Assembly (NCBI GenBank): GCA_009602725.1
Contig: WELB01000003.1
Location: 1,004,332 to 1,068,331 of the forward strand
Length of the DNA: 64,000 nucleotides
Origin: Spirogloea muscicola
Lineage: Eukaryota
Reading direction: 5' to 3'
The translations under genes and the position numbers were made by a program. Shown in pieces: positions 36,962 through 49,200 of the stretch (position 1 is the first letter of the stretch; every line of letters begins with the position of its first letter). The notes beneath the pieces were generated by a model that was given only the letters and a program-made list of their open reading frames with translations, did no database searches and was not told the DNA's origin.

Positions 36962-39900
36962 TTAGCCAAGACCTACATAAACTCTCTCGTATGGAGGAGG
37001 GGCGCGGGGGTTGCTGGTCTCAATGTCCACGTGGAGGACCTCAGGCACGAGCCCTTTTATTTCTTTTTCCAGCCGATCCACTTCAGATCCAAGAGCAGTG
37101 ACTACTTCCTCTCCTGAAGTTGCCACGTCATGTGGTGCTATCAGATCGCTCAGCCTACTTGGTAAGTCCTTGTGACAGCGACTGAGAGGATGAGAGGCAG
37201 TAGAGGTGAAAGCTTGCAAGCCCAGGGCGCAGATTTGCAACTCACCGTAATGGGCCATGACTTGATCAAGTTCTTCATCGCCTGACTTCGATACTGCGCT
37301 CCGCACCTGCAGATACTACGATGTGCCGCCATCAGATTGACATTGGAGCCATCCTTCCGAGGGTCAGGCCAAAGATCCCAGACCCTTGTGTGAAGCTAAC
37401 AGCATATGACATCTTAAAAGACTGACCTGGTTGTACAGCACGTCCTTGCCAACACGCCGTAGATGTCGTTGCACTATGATGATGCCATTAAAATCTGCCA
37501 TACACAGTCCAACATAGTACAACCATCAAAGAGTGGGACTATCAATTCAGGGCTGGTGCACAGCTTGCCAGCCGATGAGGCACTGCCTGCAAGAGTTTTA
37601 AAGTCGAGCACCTGCATTTACCTATCTCAGCCTTGAACCTATACGTCCCAGGACCCATAACCTCGCTTTTGCAGTCCCAGACATTGTCAACAACCTGAAA
37701 ACATTGCAGAATCACAGAGGCATTACTTTGACTGTGACATGTGGTGCATTGGCTACAGGTTCAGATGTCTTCAATGGAAAGATGGGCCACTAGCTGACAC
37801 AGACACAAAGTACAAGTACCCCTGGCATGCAGACATCATGGAAGACCTACCGGATCCTTCCTCAAGAGCGCGATGATTTTCCGGATATCTGATGGCTCCA
37901 TAGACTGGCCGAGCAGCGCACGGCGATTCCTTTGAATGAGGAAAGCAGCAACCTGCCCAACCACAGGGGCGCAGGCAAAGTTAAGCAGCTTGTAAGTGCT
38001 GGAATCATGATGTCTAGGCTCTTCAGTAGACCGAGAAGACAAGGCAGCAGTGCCACTTGTCATTCATTTGCGTCTATCAGTGGACTCACTGCTCCCAGGA
38101 GGCCTCCAATGGCAATGGAGCCAACTCCATCCCAGACCGGGTTTCCAGTGAGTTCCACAGCCAAGAGGGATGCTGCTGCAATGACGCAACCTGTGACAGC
38201 GGCCCCATCCTGGCAAGCAAAGAGAAACAGCGCCGGGTAAGAGTCCACCTCTTCTTGAACAAAGATTTGCTCCTCATTTATGCAGTGTATCACACAGGTG
38301 AGCTTTGAAGCAGACTCTATGAGCCTTCACATTGGACGCCCAGCACTCCATGCCTCCTCGCGTTTCACACTTACATATGACATGGTAACAATGGACCTGG
38401 TGCATAGATCTTACCTCCATCATGACGGCCACTGCAGCAGGGTCACCACTTCGCCAGAGGTAATCTCGGAAGGTCATGCCCTCGGCCTTTGCGCCAGCCT
38501 GCACTGCTCTGAATGCCATTTGTAGAGATGCTCCTGCACAATCAATCTCGTGCAACAGGATAAGGGCCGCAGAAGCTGAAGAAGGTTGTCAAGACGGACA
38601 TTGGTCCACACATTACAGTCATTGGCTGATTGTCGCATACCTTCCATAAGCACTGAGCCTCCAAGAACCAAAGCTGCCATGTACATGTTCATAACTGGCT
38701 GCAAGAAGAGCAGCGCCTTAGGGACAACTTCCCAAAGAAAGAGATGCGCATTGCCGATCTGCAACTGAGTGGCTAGCCAACCTGCTGCATCATGTCGCTC
38801 TCAAGTACCAGCAAGATTGTAATGACAAGGGCAACGTCACTTGCACACACTAACCTCTGGATTCCAAAGACTATGAAGCCCGTGCATGATGGTAACGCCT
38901 GAACCTAAGCAGAAGATGCCTGTTGCGGACACCAATGCCCAGATGAAGCGTTCCTTTGAATAGCCATACCTGTTGCAGGAAATCTTCTTCAGCAAGCAAG
39001 TAGGGCAACAGCTTGCTGGCCATAGCAGGAAACTTTGACGACGTTGTTGCTAGCTGTGTGCAAGACCAAGGGAGGGGAAAATCTTGGCACGCAGCTACAA
39101 AAAGGACAGCGTTTTGCTCGACTCTGCTCATCAGCTGTCAATCAGGAGCAATACTTTCTGGCAAGGTAAGTGTTCGAAGCACTGCCAGCCTTACGGATGC
39201 TCAAGGTCAGGAGCTCGATTGGAGCTGACAAGTCCGTACCACAGAAGAGACTGTGCAAGGTGAAGAGAAAAGCATTGATATCAACAATGGTCCTTGAACA
39301 TCTTAGCAAGCCAGTGACTTCAAGGCTCGCATTGTATGCATTACTGGATGCATTTATGACATACCTGATTGGCAACATCGGCAAGAGAGTGGACTGCCTC
39401 AGCAGCCATGACGCTGCTCTGTGTTGCCAACCAAACGCCCGCTTTCAAGCAGAAGACAAGGAAGTTGCACCAAAGGGCAACCACCACTGCACGCTGGCTG
39501 TAGGAGGACGCATGTGACACCAGGAGGTCAACAACATTACGGTGCGTGGACCCAATCTCATACAGTGGAAGACGGCCCAGCATTGCATCCGATTAAGCAG
39601 CTTCACAGCAGATTGTGCTGGAGATGACACCTGTGGTCCTTGGCAACCATGCGGTGAGGATGCCTCTCTGAGTGGCGAGTGTCAGCAGTCGAGCCTTTGA
39701 CCACCGTGCTGTACGCTGCACTCGAGCTGAGAGGATATTCAAGGGTGCTTTGATTCTCAGAACAACAGTGCTAGCCGCGCTCTCCTGGCTCTTCAAGATA
39801 CAGATCTCTAAGAATGCCATTCCTCCCCCGCTCGAGTTGAAAGTCATCCTTGCACAACTCCCACTGCCATTCATTTCATAACTAATACCAGCATTGCGAA

Positions 39901-40448
39901 GCCTCACCTCGTGCCATTGGTACGATGCCAGCCCCCCGAAGCCCGTGCACCATAGTTATTGGGGCCCTGGTGTGCTGTGAAGGCGAGCTTGCGGCACTTC
40001 TCAGGAGACATAACGAGTCAAGAAAGTTCCTCTCAATCGACTTCCGTGGATCCGTCAGTGTGTGACTCTGCCGGTTGTCCGCGTTGCCTGCTTCGTGGAC
40101 CACCGCTTCCACGGGGCTGCTTGAGGCCTCGATTGCTGCAGCACGCCGATTCGGTGCACCATGACAGGAGCCTGACAAGGTGGAGACGCCGATGTCGTGC
40201 TCGCGCCTCCACCACCTGTCTCTCCACTCTTGCAAGCTTGAGCTGACGATGGAGCCTGCAGCTCGGTGCCCCTGGCCAGAGGCCGCCTTGCGGAGCTCCT
40301 CGCAGTGCGAGGACCGCCGTTGCCAGTGGAGGAGGCGATCGGCCTCGGAGCCGCGCCTGCAGCCGCTGGCGTCGAGCAGGCCAAGGGCTGGCCGCAAGAG
40401 GAGAGCGCGCCGCCGCAGCAGGCCGCGCAAGGCCGCCGCCGCGGACAT
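36962..40448 (-). CDS. MTP7: Cation diffusion facilitator, MTP7/MTPc4 (ZnT9-like) with long N-terminal presequence
   Basis: SQRAVVVALWCNFLVFCLK...AEAVHSLADVANQ; APDLEHPYGYSKERFIWALVSA; SGDPAAVAVMMEDGAAVTG; WDCKSEVMGPGTYRFKAE; GEEVVTALGSEVDRLEKEI...HVDIE. Confidence 0.92.
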
Positions 40449-40818
40449 GGCCCCTCTGCGGAGCGGCAGCCTCACTGCAGCTCCGTGCGCGGCGAGTGGC
40501 AACGGCGGCGGCCGCCTTGGCGCGGCCCCGCGCCAATGCGGCCCTTGAAGGCGCCCGGGGCCGCCGCGCGCCTTGGCCCCGGGGGCCGTGGCACAGCTGC
40601 GCGCCGCCAGCTTCGGCGGTCGCGCCCTCGGGGCTCTGCGGCTGACCAGCCGGTGGCCGCGGCACCGGGCGTCTGGCGTCTGGCCGCCTGTGGCCGTCGG
40701 CGTCGCTCGGAGTCATCGCGCTGGTGCCGCCCTCCGCTGGAGCAGCTGAGGAGGCCGCACGCGGCCTCCATGTCCTCCCCAGCCACTGCGCACGTCCTGC
40801 CTGAGTGACTGAGTGCTC

Positions 40819-43800
40819 ATGAAGGTCCGCCTTGGCACTAAGTGATGCTTCATCTGTGCTAGTCAAATTGAAATCCATGGTACTGGGATCAGCTGTCTGC
40901 AAGGTAGCAAGGGAATCTCGAAGGCCGGAATCATTAGCAGCCTCTCGTCACGTATAATCTGCTTGCTATTCTCGAGACTTTGATTTGGATAGTTGTTATG
41001 CGCTTGCCGACCCTTCATCCCTAGCCACTGTGCGTAATTCTCATGAGGAGGTCGCACTCCATCGCGAGCTGGCTGGGGACTTCAAGTTGCTGTGACGCAC
41101 TTAGACTTGTAGGTGCCCTTGAGGCTGATAATGTCATGTGAAGACACTGGGTACTCCGGTCTTTCAGATTGCTGTGGAGGGCTGCGCCCATGGCGACTTG
41201 GACAACATATACGCCACACTACAGCATTTGGAGCAAGTCGAGAGCATCAAGGTTGACCTCCTCGTCTGCTGTGGAGACTTTCAGGTGACGATTGCCCCCC
41301 TATGGTCCCTTAACTGACTAACTGCTCCAAACACGTCACTATCAAAGCCAGACCCCACATTGCGTGATTGGCAAAGTTTCCGCAGTACTTGCGCTCATCA
41401 ATCAAGAGGCTGCATGGGGAGCTTCTCTTGTCAAGCCGAGTCAGACTCTGACTAATTTGGCCGCCACTGTGCTGACTGTATGCTTCAGGCTGTTCGTAAC
41501 GAGCATGACCTAGAGACAATGGCGTGTCCCGCAAAGTATCGAACGATGAACACATTCTGGAAGTACTACTCAGGAGAAGCAGTAGCCCCTATTCTGACCA
41601 TCTTCATTGGCGGCAATCACGAGGCTCAGAACCACCTCTGGGAGCTGTGAGCAGACTGGCCCTTGACCAAGGTCAGCCCCATGTCGGATGCTGTGCCATT
41701 AGTCCTTTACGCTATTTATGTGTTTTCCAGGGCCTGTCTTCTGCCGCAGCATATCATAAACAGGAGACAAGCCCTGATAAGACATCCTGAACTTTCCCCA
41801 AGAGAGTGGAAATAACATCACTCTTCTTGGCACTGGCCGCTGTGAAGGAGAGGCAGCACATGATATCTCGAAGAATCATTACCACACGCATGTAGAGAGG
41901 TCTCTTACTCAGATGGTGAATGAGGGAGATATAGCCCTACTCACATTTCCGTTGAGTGTTGTTGTAAGGAATCCGTCTCATTACACGCTCATTGTTGCAG
42001 TTTCTATGGGGGTTGGGTGGCTCCCAACATATATTATCTGGGTGCTGCTGGAGTTGTCAAATCTGGTGGCATTCGCATTGGTGGGCTGTCAGGAATATAC
42101 AAACCACAAGATTATCACCAAGGTGCGCCCCCTTCTCCCACTAATACCACGAGGCTCAAGATGGGGTGCATACAATTGTTGACTGCTCACAGGTTGCTGG
42201 GTTGGCATGTATGCACCAGCCAGCCTCTCACCTTCTTGATGTATGTGCATCTCCAAGCACAGGGCACCATGAGCGTCCACCTTATGACTATCAGAGCATG
42301 AGGAGCAGCTACCACATACGATCCTTTGATGTTGGCAAGCTGAAGCTTCTGAAGGAACCCATTGACATCTTTGTATCCCACGACTGGCCCAACGGCATAT
42401 GGGAGCATGGGAATGTGCAAGAGCTTGTCCGGCGCAAGCCCTTCTTCAAAAGCGACGTATGTGACACTTTTGTGAGCATGTTAGCAAAGGCAGTGACAGC
42501 ACGGCCTTCCTAAATATGTCACAAGGATCCACTTCAGTCAGATAAGCCTCTTCCACAGAAAGCCTTACTATACCACAAACATAAAAATCTGGTATACGTA
42601 CATTTTTGAGACGCAGATTGACTCTGGACGCTTGGGGAGCCAGCCAAGCAGCGGATTGCTGCATCATCTACAGCCCTCCTACTGGTTCTCAGCGCACCTC
42701 CACGTCAAGTTTGCGGCCGCTGTGAAACATCCATCGGGTCAGTTGACCAAGTTCTTGGCACTGGACAAGTGCCTGCCCAATCGCAACTTCCTGCAGGCAA
42801 GTAATCTCATTGTGTCCGTCATTCTTCATCTCAGCACCTTAGGCAAGCACCAGTCTTGGACAACTTTTTCTCCTATCAGCTTTGTCCAAGAAAGGCTGGT
42901 TGATAGGCTGATAACAAAGCCCACTGTGCAGGTGGTGGACTTCTCGCAAGCACAGGGTCCCCTTGAGCTGCACTATGATGAGGAGTGGCTTGCTGTTACT
43001 AAGGCTTGTCATCCTTTTCTGCCTTTGTCAAGGGCCCGATACCAGCAACCTCAGTGCGTGCAGTCAACCAACCCTGCCGTGGCTTAATTGACAGAGGCCT
43101 TCACAGCAGCTCAGCATATCACAATCTGGAACGCAGTTGGTTGCGCAGCGCACTCTTGCCCATGACTGGTTTATGCTCTGCTCTTACTCCTCTCTCGTGT
43201 CGACCTTGGCAGCGTTCCAGATCTGGCCTCTCATAGGGCTTGGGTTCAGGAGAGAATAGCGAATGTAGGATCAGCAATTCCACGCAACTTCACACGGACG
43301 GCTCCAGCTTATAGGCCTCAGGAGTCATTGATTATATCTAGCGACAGAGTCATCTCAGCCAATGGTGCAATACCTGTCTCACCTTTAATATCTGTTCCGA
43401 GTATTGGAAAAAAATCAGCTGTATCCAAAAGCAACCAAGCAAATACAGAGACTCAGTTGATTCTACCGGGGCACCATATTATTTCCTCATTGCGTGAAGT
43501 CCACTGCCAACAGGCAGGTTGTCTTACCTCTTCCTGTATGTCATCTGTGCAGGCCATGTAAGGAACCCTCAAATGCTAGACTTCCTGGAGCTGCTAGGGT
43601 TGCCGTACATTTTCAATGGAGATTCTCAGTCCGCATCACAACAATCAGGTGACTGCATACTGTCTGCAACTAGTCTAGTATCTGAGCTTGCACCAGCCAA
43701 TGTGGAGTGTGCCACTGGAAGTCAATGTGCGGCTTGTTTTAGGCTACTCAAGCGATGATGGTCACAGCCAATGTGGAGTGTGCCACTGGAAGTCAATGTG

Positions 43801-44062
43801 CGGCTTGTTTTAGGCTACTCAAGCGATGATGGTCACAAGGGCGTAGGTTTCCTTGATGACCATCTGCTTAGATAGTAAAGCTCAATCATGTGACTTGCTT
43901 TGGGCTTTCAGGGGTGTTGTTAGCAATGTGCTGCTGCCAGTACTGATGATTGGGACAAGGGCCCTCCCTGCAATTGTCCTGGTAGTCATCCATGCAGGAA
44001 GTGAAGGTCATATGAATCCCGAAGAGATCGAGCTGCCAGAGGAAGACGAGAGTGCAGATTAA
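40819..44062 (+). CDS. DBR1: Lariat debranching enzyme
   Basis: [17 protein letters not shown]...[15 protein letters not shown]...[47 protein letters not shown]; terminal [15 protein letters not shown]. Confidence 0.96.
43694..43835. repeat. Perfect 71-bp tandem duplication in the last DBR1 intron
   Basis: cagccaatgtggagtgtgcc...gcgatgatggtca occurs twice head-to-tail. Confidence 0.9.
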
Positions 44063-46298
44063 AAAGGTGGTGGCCCTGATGATTACAAGCTGATTGGGCT
44101 CTGCAAGAGTCTGCCTTCACAATCCAATCTATTGCCTGTTGCAACGGAGATGAAGGGCATCATAGCCAGAAACAGTCACGATCTTTACGTACATTGCTCG
44201 TAGCCATCCCGTCTTTGATGGTTGACTTTAGTACACCATTGTATTGGTGCTCCCAGTGCCTTACAAGAATAGCAATTGGCAGGCTTGTAGATCATAAAGA
44301 CACGTTGCACCAGTTGCAGATAGGTATGTACCAGTATTTTCACTGTATGCCACCAAGGAGATGGAGTACAATCTTGTAGCCCATACAGGTGCTCCTAACA
44401 GGATCAGCTGCTACTCCCTCACGATTACGCCGCCTGCCATGATACAAAGACTTGGCCTTGCTACGGCCAATCCAGCCTTGCTTGCCATGCATCTCCCTGC
44501 AGCAAAACACATGACCTGAAAATGCACCACACTGATAGAGTGGTGCCCACCCATCTAGCCCTGGCTGTGCTATCCAGACTGCCCTTAATTGAACATGGCA
44601 ATCTCGTCTGAGATGCCATGGCCATACCAGTTTTGCTGGCCATGCATGCTCCCCACATACTGCCGCCAGCAGCCCGTCAGAGGGAGTAACAGTATTAGGC
44701 TTTCTCCGGGACCTGCACTGTTGTGGCCGGCAGGAGCGTAAATGCCATTGTCATCACCGTTCTGACATCTTAGCTTCATGTTGAGGCAGTTTCTTTTAAG
44801 CTGTGGTGATACTGTTCGTGGCAGTCGCATGCCGATACTTGCATTCGAAAGTCAGGGCACCAATGAGCTCCATCAACCACAAATAAACAGCAGGGAAGGA
44901 GGAGTTACATTGGCATTTTCTGCACGGCTGCAGGGCTACTTAGGGATACTGACAGCAGCTTGGAATGTTTGACAAGTCAGTGAGTGTGCAATGTGAGTAT
45001 GGGCAGAGACATGTGCGAATATTTGCGGTGTCTCTCACATGGCCTGGAGAGGCTGAGCACAGATCTTGGTATTTACAGGACTTCTGACCAAAGTGAACTA
45101 GGCGTATGAATTAAGCTTCAAATTTACCAAGTGCCACTGTACTTGCTGCAGAATTGAAATTGCTGCCTTGACGTCTAATAAAGCTGGTGAATTGAATGTT
45201 CCGTGCAATGTCGGTGTCTATCACACCTGTGCTCCCACTTCCAGGCAAAGCACTGTACTCAAAGCAAGCAATTTGTATACACAATGCTGTCATCATATTG
45301 TATTAGAACCCTGTCTTGCATCATCCAGCAAGTCAGCAATGTTAGCCACATTATCCTGATCGGTGCAACTTCGAGTAGAGGCTTCTGGCAGCTTCTACTG
45401 GCTGTCAGTGGACAGCTTTAGAAGTCGTCTTCCGTTCATATGTTCAGGTCCAGATGGCAAACACAATGTGGGGTCTGAGTGAAACAGCCCTGATCCGCTA
45501 TCTTGGGCCTATGCTGACAAGGACAGCCAGGGCCTTCCCCCTTGATAGCCCTCCACTCTACCCGCGCAGTGCAAGCAGCAACTTTCCTCATAGTACCACA
45601 GAGCATGTGGCCCGCTGGTGATTAACAAGCTTGCATAATCCGTCTGATTAGTCAACCTAAGTTCCGTCAGCAAGCTTCTCAAGGCATGATCAGGTTATTA
45701 TCACCGGCGGTTATTCATCACTACAGATTGATATTGATGCACTTGCTACTGCTTTCAGTAAGGTGTTTCCAAGCTGTTGAGTCTTGACCATATCTTAATC
45801 ACCTCTCATAATTGACAGTACCTCGACTTGCCTAAGAGGCATTCTTTAGCAATATCATTGATGTGTAAAGCAGTTGGACAGGGCCTTCTGTCAAAGCCGT
45901 CAGCCTTCACATTCACTGTCTATGGCAGCAGCAAAGGTTACATCATCAAGCTGTCTTTCTACTTGACGAAGCTGACCTGAATATTTGGCCAACGTCACAT
46001 CCAAAAACGACTCAGACCAGTCTACTACTTTGGCATGTCGGACGACTTGCCTTCTTATCCTCGCAGGAAAATCAAATATCTGATGAAAGTCTCGAGCTTG
46101 TGAAGGCATTGCACTGCCGTCACTGCGCATCTACCGTAGCCACTGCATTACCGAGAAACTGATTCATTCCTGCTCGATCCAGGCTCACAGTGTAAGCAAA
46201 TGTAGGCTCTCTGTGAAAAGTCCTGCGAGCTAGCGAGACAAAGGGCGAACAGTGCTGCCTTTATCATCAAGTACAAGGCCTTGTGCTTATCTGCCCTG

Positions 46299-49200
46299 TT
46301 AGAACACCACGCAGTGGTAATGGCTGCAGGAGCAGTTATGGCCTGGAGGAGGTTCTGTTCGGCAAGAGCAACCAATGCCATCCTGCGATGGGCATCTCCC
46401 TCCTCCATCGCAGTAGCTGCAACATTCTGAGTCGCATGTTGGATCGCCGCAGAGGCTGTTGACCCGCTTGTAGTGGTCGAGCTTGCAGAATCCCTTGCTG
46501 GAGAACAATTTGGCACCTTGTCAGTACTGCGGGCTGTAACTTGTGCAGACTGGGATTAAGAAATTACAGCTTGATACTGCGACTAAGTAATGAGCATCAG
46601 TGGGCTCAAATGTCGACCAAGATTATTCGATGCGGATTCTTCTATCGTGAGGTGAGCCCATTGCAGATAGCAAGAACCAGTCGTATTTGGTTGCTTAGGT
46701 ATCGCATGCAAGCATGCCAAGACCCCCTTTCATACGTGCACTTCCCGCTGACGCAATCGGGGTGGTACTCAGTGTTGATTGCAGTAGTATTGCAAGGAGT
46801 GCCGTCTGCCAACAGCTTTAAGGTGCACTTGCCATTCCTGTAAGAAATTGACCTCCAGCCAGTAGGTGTCAGTAGTCCACGACCGGACCCTGACAACTCA
46901 GCAAGACAGAGGTGCAGAACCATTACTTGTGGGCGTAAATTCCAGAAGATCTTCTGGTCTTGGCTGGAAGCAATTTTGATATCAATTTAGCCCACAAATT
47001 CTGTTCCCTACATGCAAGAAGCGGTGGCACAGCCTTTGTAAGCAGCAAGAGGGTAACCAGGGTCCATGGCACGTGTGCAACTAGCACCATCCAGAAGCAG
47101 GGCAATTTTGGCACAGGTGCCATTCCTGAAGGATAATCACCTTAAGCAAGTGGTGAACAACAGCTGCTGTAGAGGGGAAATCAGATCAAAATTCAAAGCA
47201 GATGGCACTTTCCACAAGTACACAGGCACATACGATTGGTCTGCATATAAGCCCCAGCATGTGTATGACTGTCATCAACCTCTGTGGGAAGGGAGATGGT
47301 ACCTGCACTTCTGAGTGCTGCAAAAGTTCATTGCCAGAGATGTAGTCACAGGATGCATTAGTTGTTGCAGTGTAGTTGTAGAGGCAATGACCAGCCGCAC
47401 TGCCAACATCATCTCTCATTGATTTTAGTGCCTGGGAAGAGCAAAAGCTTGTGGCAGGTTGCATGCTTCGCATCCCGTGAATACATAGCTCATGAATACT
47501 GTAGCTGCAGCGTCATCTAATGACTGTGTGGTCAGCAATTGCTGTCTTACTCGCAGGTCCCCTTCAACTTGCACTGGACATTCTGGTAAAAGTCATCATG
47601 CCGTAGATATTCACATGAAGAACCAGCAGGACGGAAGCCATTGAGTGTACACGACCCATTTCTGGGCCACCGAGCCAGCAACCAAATGAGCATGCATAGC
47701 GGTAATTTGATGCTGCATGCAAGATGACTTGTGACAGCTTTGTAAGAATTGGAAGTCTAAATTTCTGAAGTCTGTGTCCTGCCTAGCTGATGCACCAGAT
47801 AAGTGGGTGCTTACGCTTGGCAGACAGCATGATAGCAATCCGAGTTGAGAGTTGGATCCTCCACGAAGCTACATGCTGAAATGTAGGGGTTGAGGGGACC
47901 TTGCACGCATGAACCATTTGTGCTGCAATATGCAAGAACACCACAGTAAGTACTTCGTTACAATAGTTTATGTATGCTTCACTGAACATATCATTGCTCA
48001 GAGTACCTGTGTTGCTATAGCACGGCTGGTTACCCAGGGTAAAAGATGAACTTGGTGGGCAGTCATACTTGCAGATACAGTTGTTACAAGTTTCAACAGA
48101 CAGCTCCTTTGCATAGCATAAGTTCCCGCCTGGACTCTCAGGAACTGGAGTGCACTTGCCGTGGCTGCCATAATCAACTCAGTGAAAGATTGTTAAGCTG
48201 CATGTTGTCAGGTCAAACCATATATTTAAAATGATGTCAATGTTTTGTATGAGTCCCGTATGAGCTCAACTTCATTACAAATTAATACAGGCTCAGAGTC
48301 CCAAGGGCCAGTAAGAAGCAGTTCTCACGAGTCACAAGTTGCGGTGTTGCAGAAGAAATTTGCCCCTGTGGAAGAGACAGAGCAATATCTGGCCTTGTAG
48401 AGCTTTGTCTGGCAGGTATTGTTGCTGCCAGCGCAGATGTCACAAGTAGCGCTAGTCAGAATCATTGCCAGGCTCATAGAAGCGGTGCAGTTGCATACTG
48501 CAGAACAGAAGCAGAGGAGCTTACACACAGTGGTTGTAGCCGCAGTTGGGATCTGGGTAGCCAGTGCCGTATTCACAAGCCGAGTAGTCATCGCCAATGC
48601 AATCTGTGAAAGAAATATGGTGACAAGTACTGTGCGCACTCTTAGATAGTAATTCAGAAAAGTCTATCCAGAGAGAGACTTGCATTATCTGAGATCCACC
48701 CAGCATTTTTTGCTCAATCGCACGGATGATGCTTACAACGCGTATTGTTGTAGAAGGAGCCGCACTCTTGTGCTGACCTCTGACCAAAAGAGTTGGCTCC
48801 AAAGCAATCTAGAAGGAAACGTGTAACGACACGTGGAGCTGTGATGAGCGGTTGTGGACCATTCAGGTAGTTTGAGGATACATCGAGTGTGTTCAATCCT
48901 GTCTGGTTGACGAGCTTCGTGATTGCAGCGGGGAAGGGCCCACGGAGGTTATTCATTGACAGATTACTGCACCATAGGAACAAGTAATGTCAAAAGAAAT
49001 CATCAACTGTAATGAATGCATACAGGCGTGAGCGATGTGAAGCCAGTTGAAGCAATGAAAGGCTGCCCACACGCACACTGGAAGCATGCTCCTGGCTACT
49101 CACAGCGACAAACACCGATGATGCAGTTGTGCGCGACAAGCATGCAACACGACCCAAAGCATGTAGATGAAGCAGATGAAGCCAGAGCATGTAAGCTGCT

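Noticed and set aside
44460..46150. Kinase/TM continuation of the LRR gene, or a separate gene
   Set aside because: The LRR-Cys frame stops at 46299; no kinase motifs found; exon-like fragments here could not be assembled into a recognisable protein.
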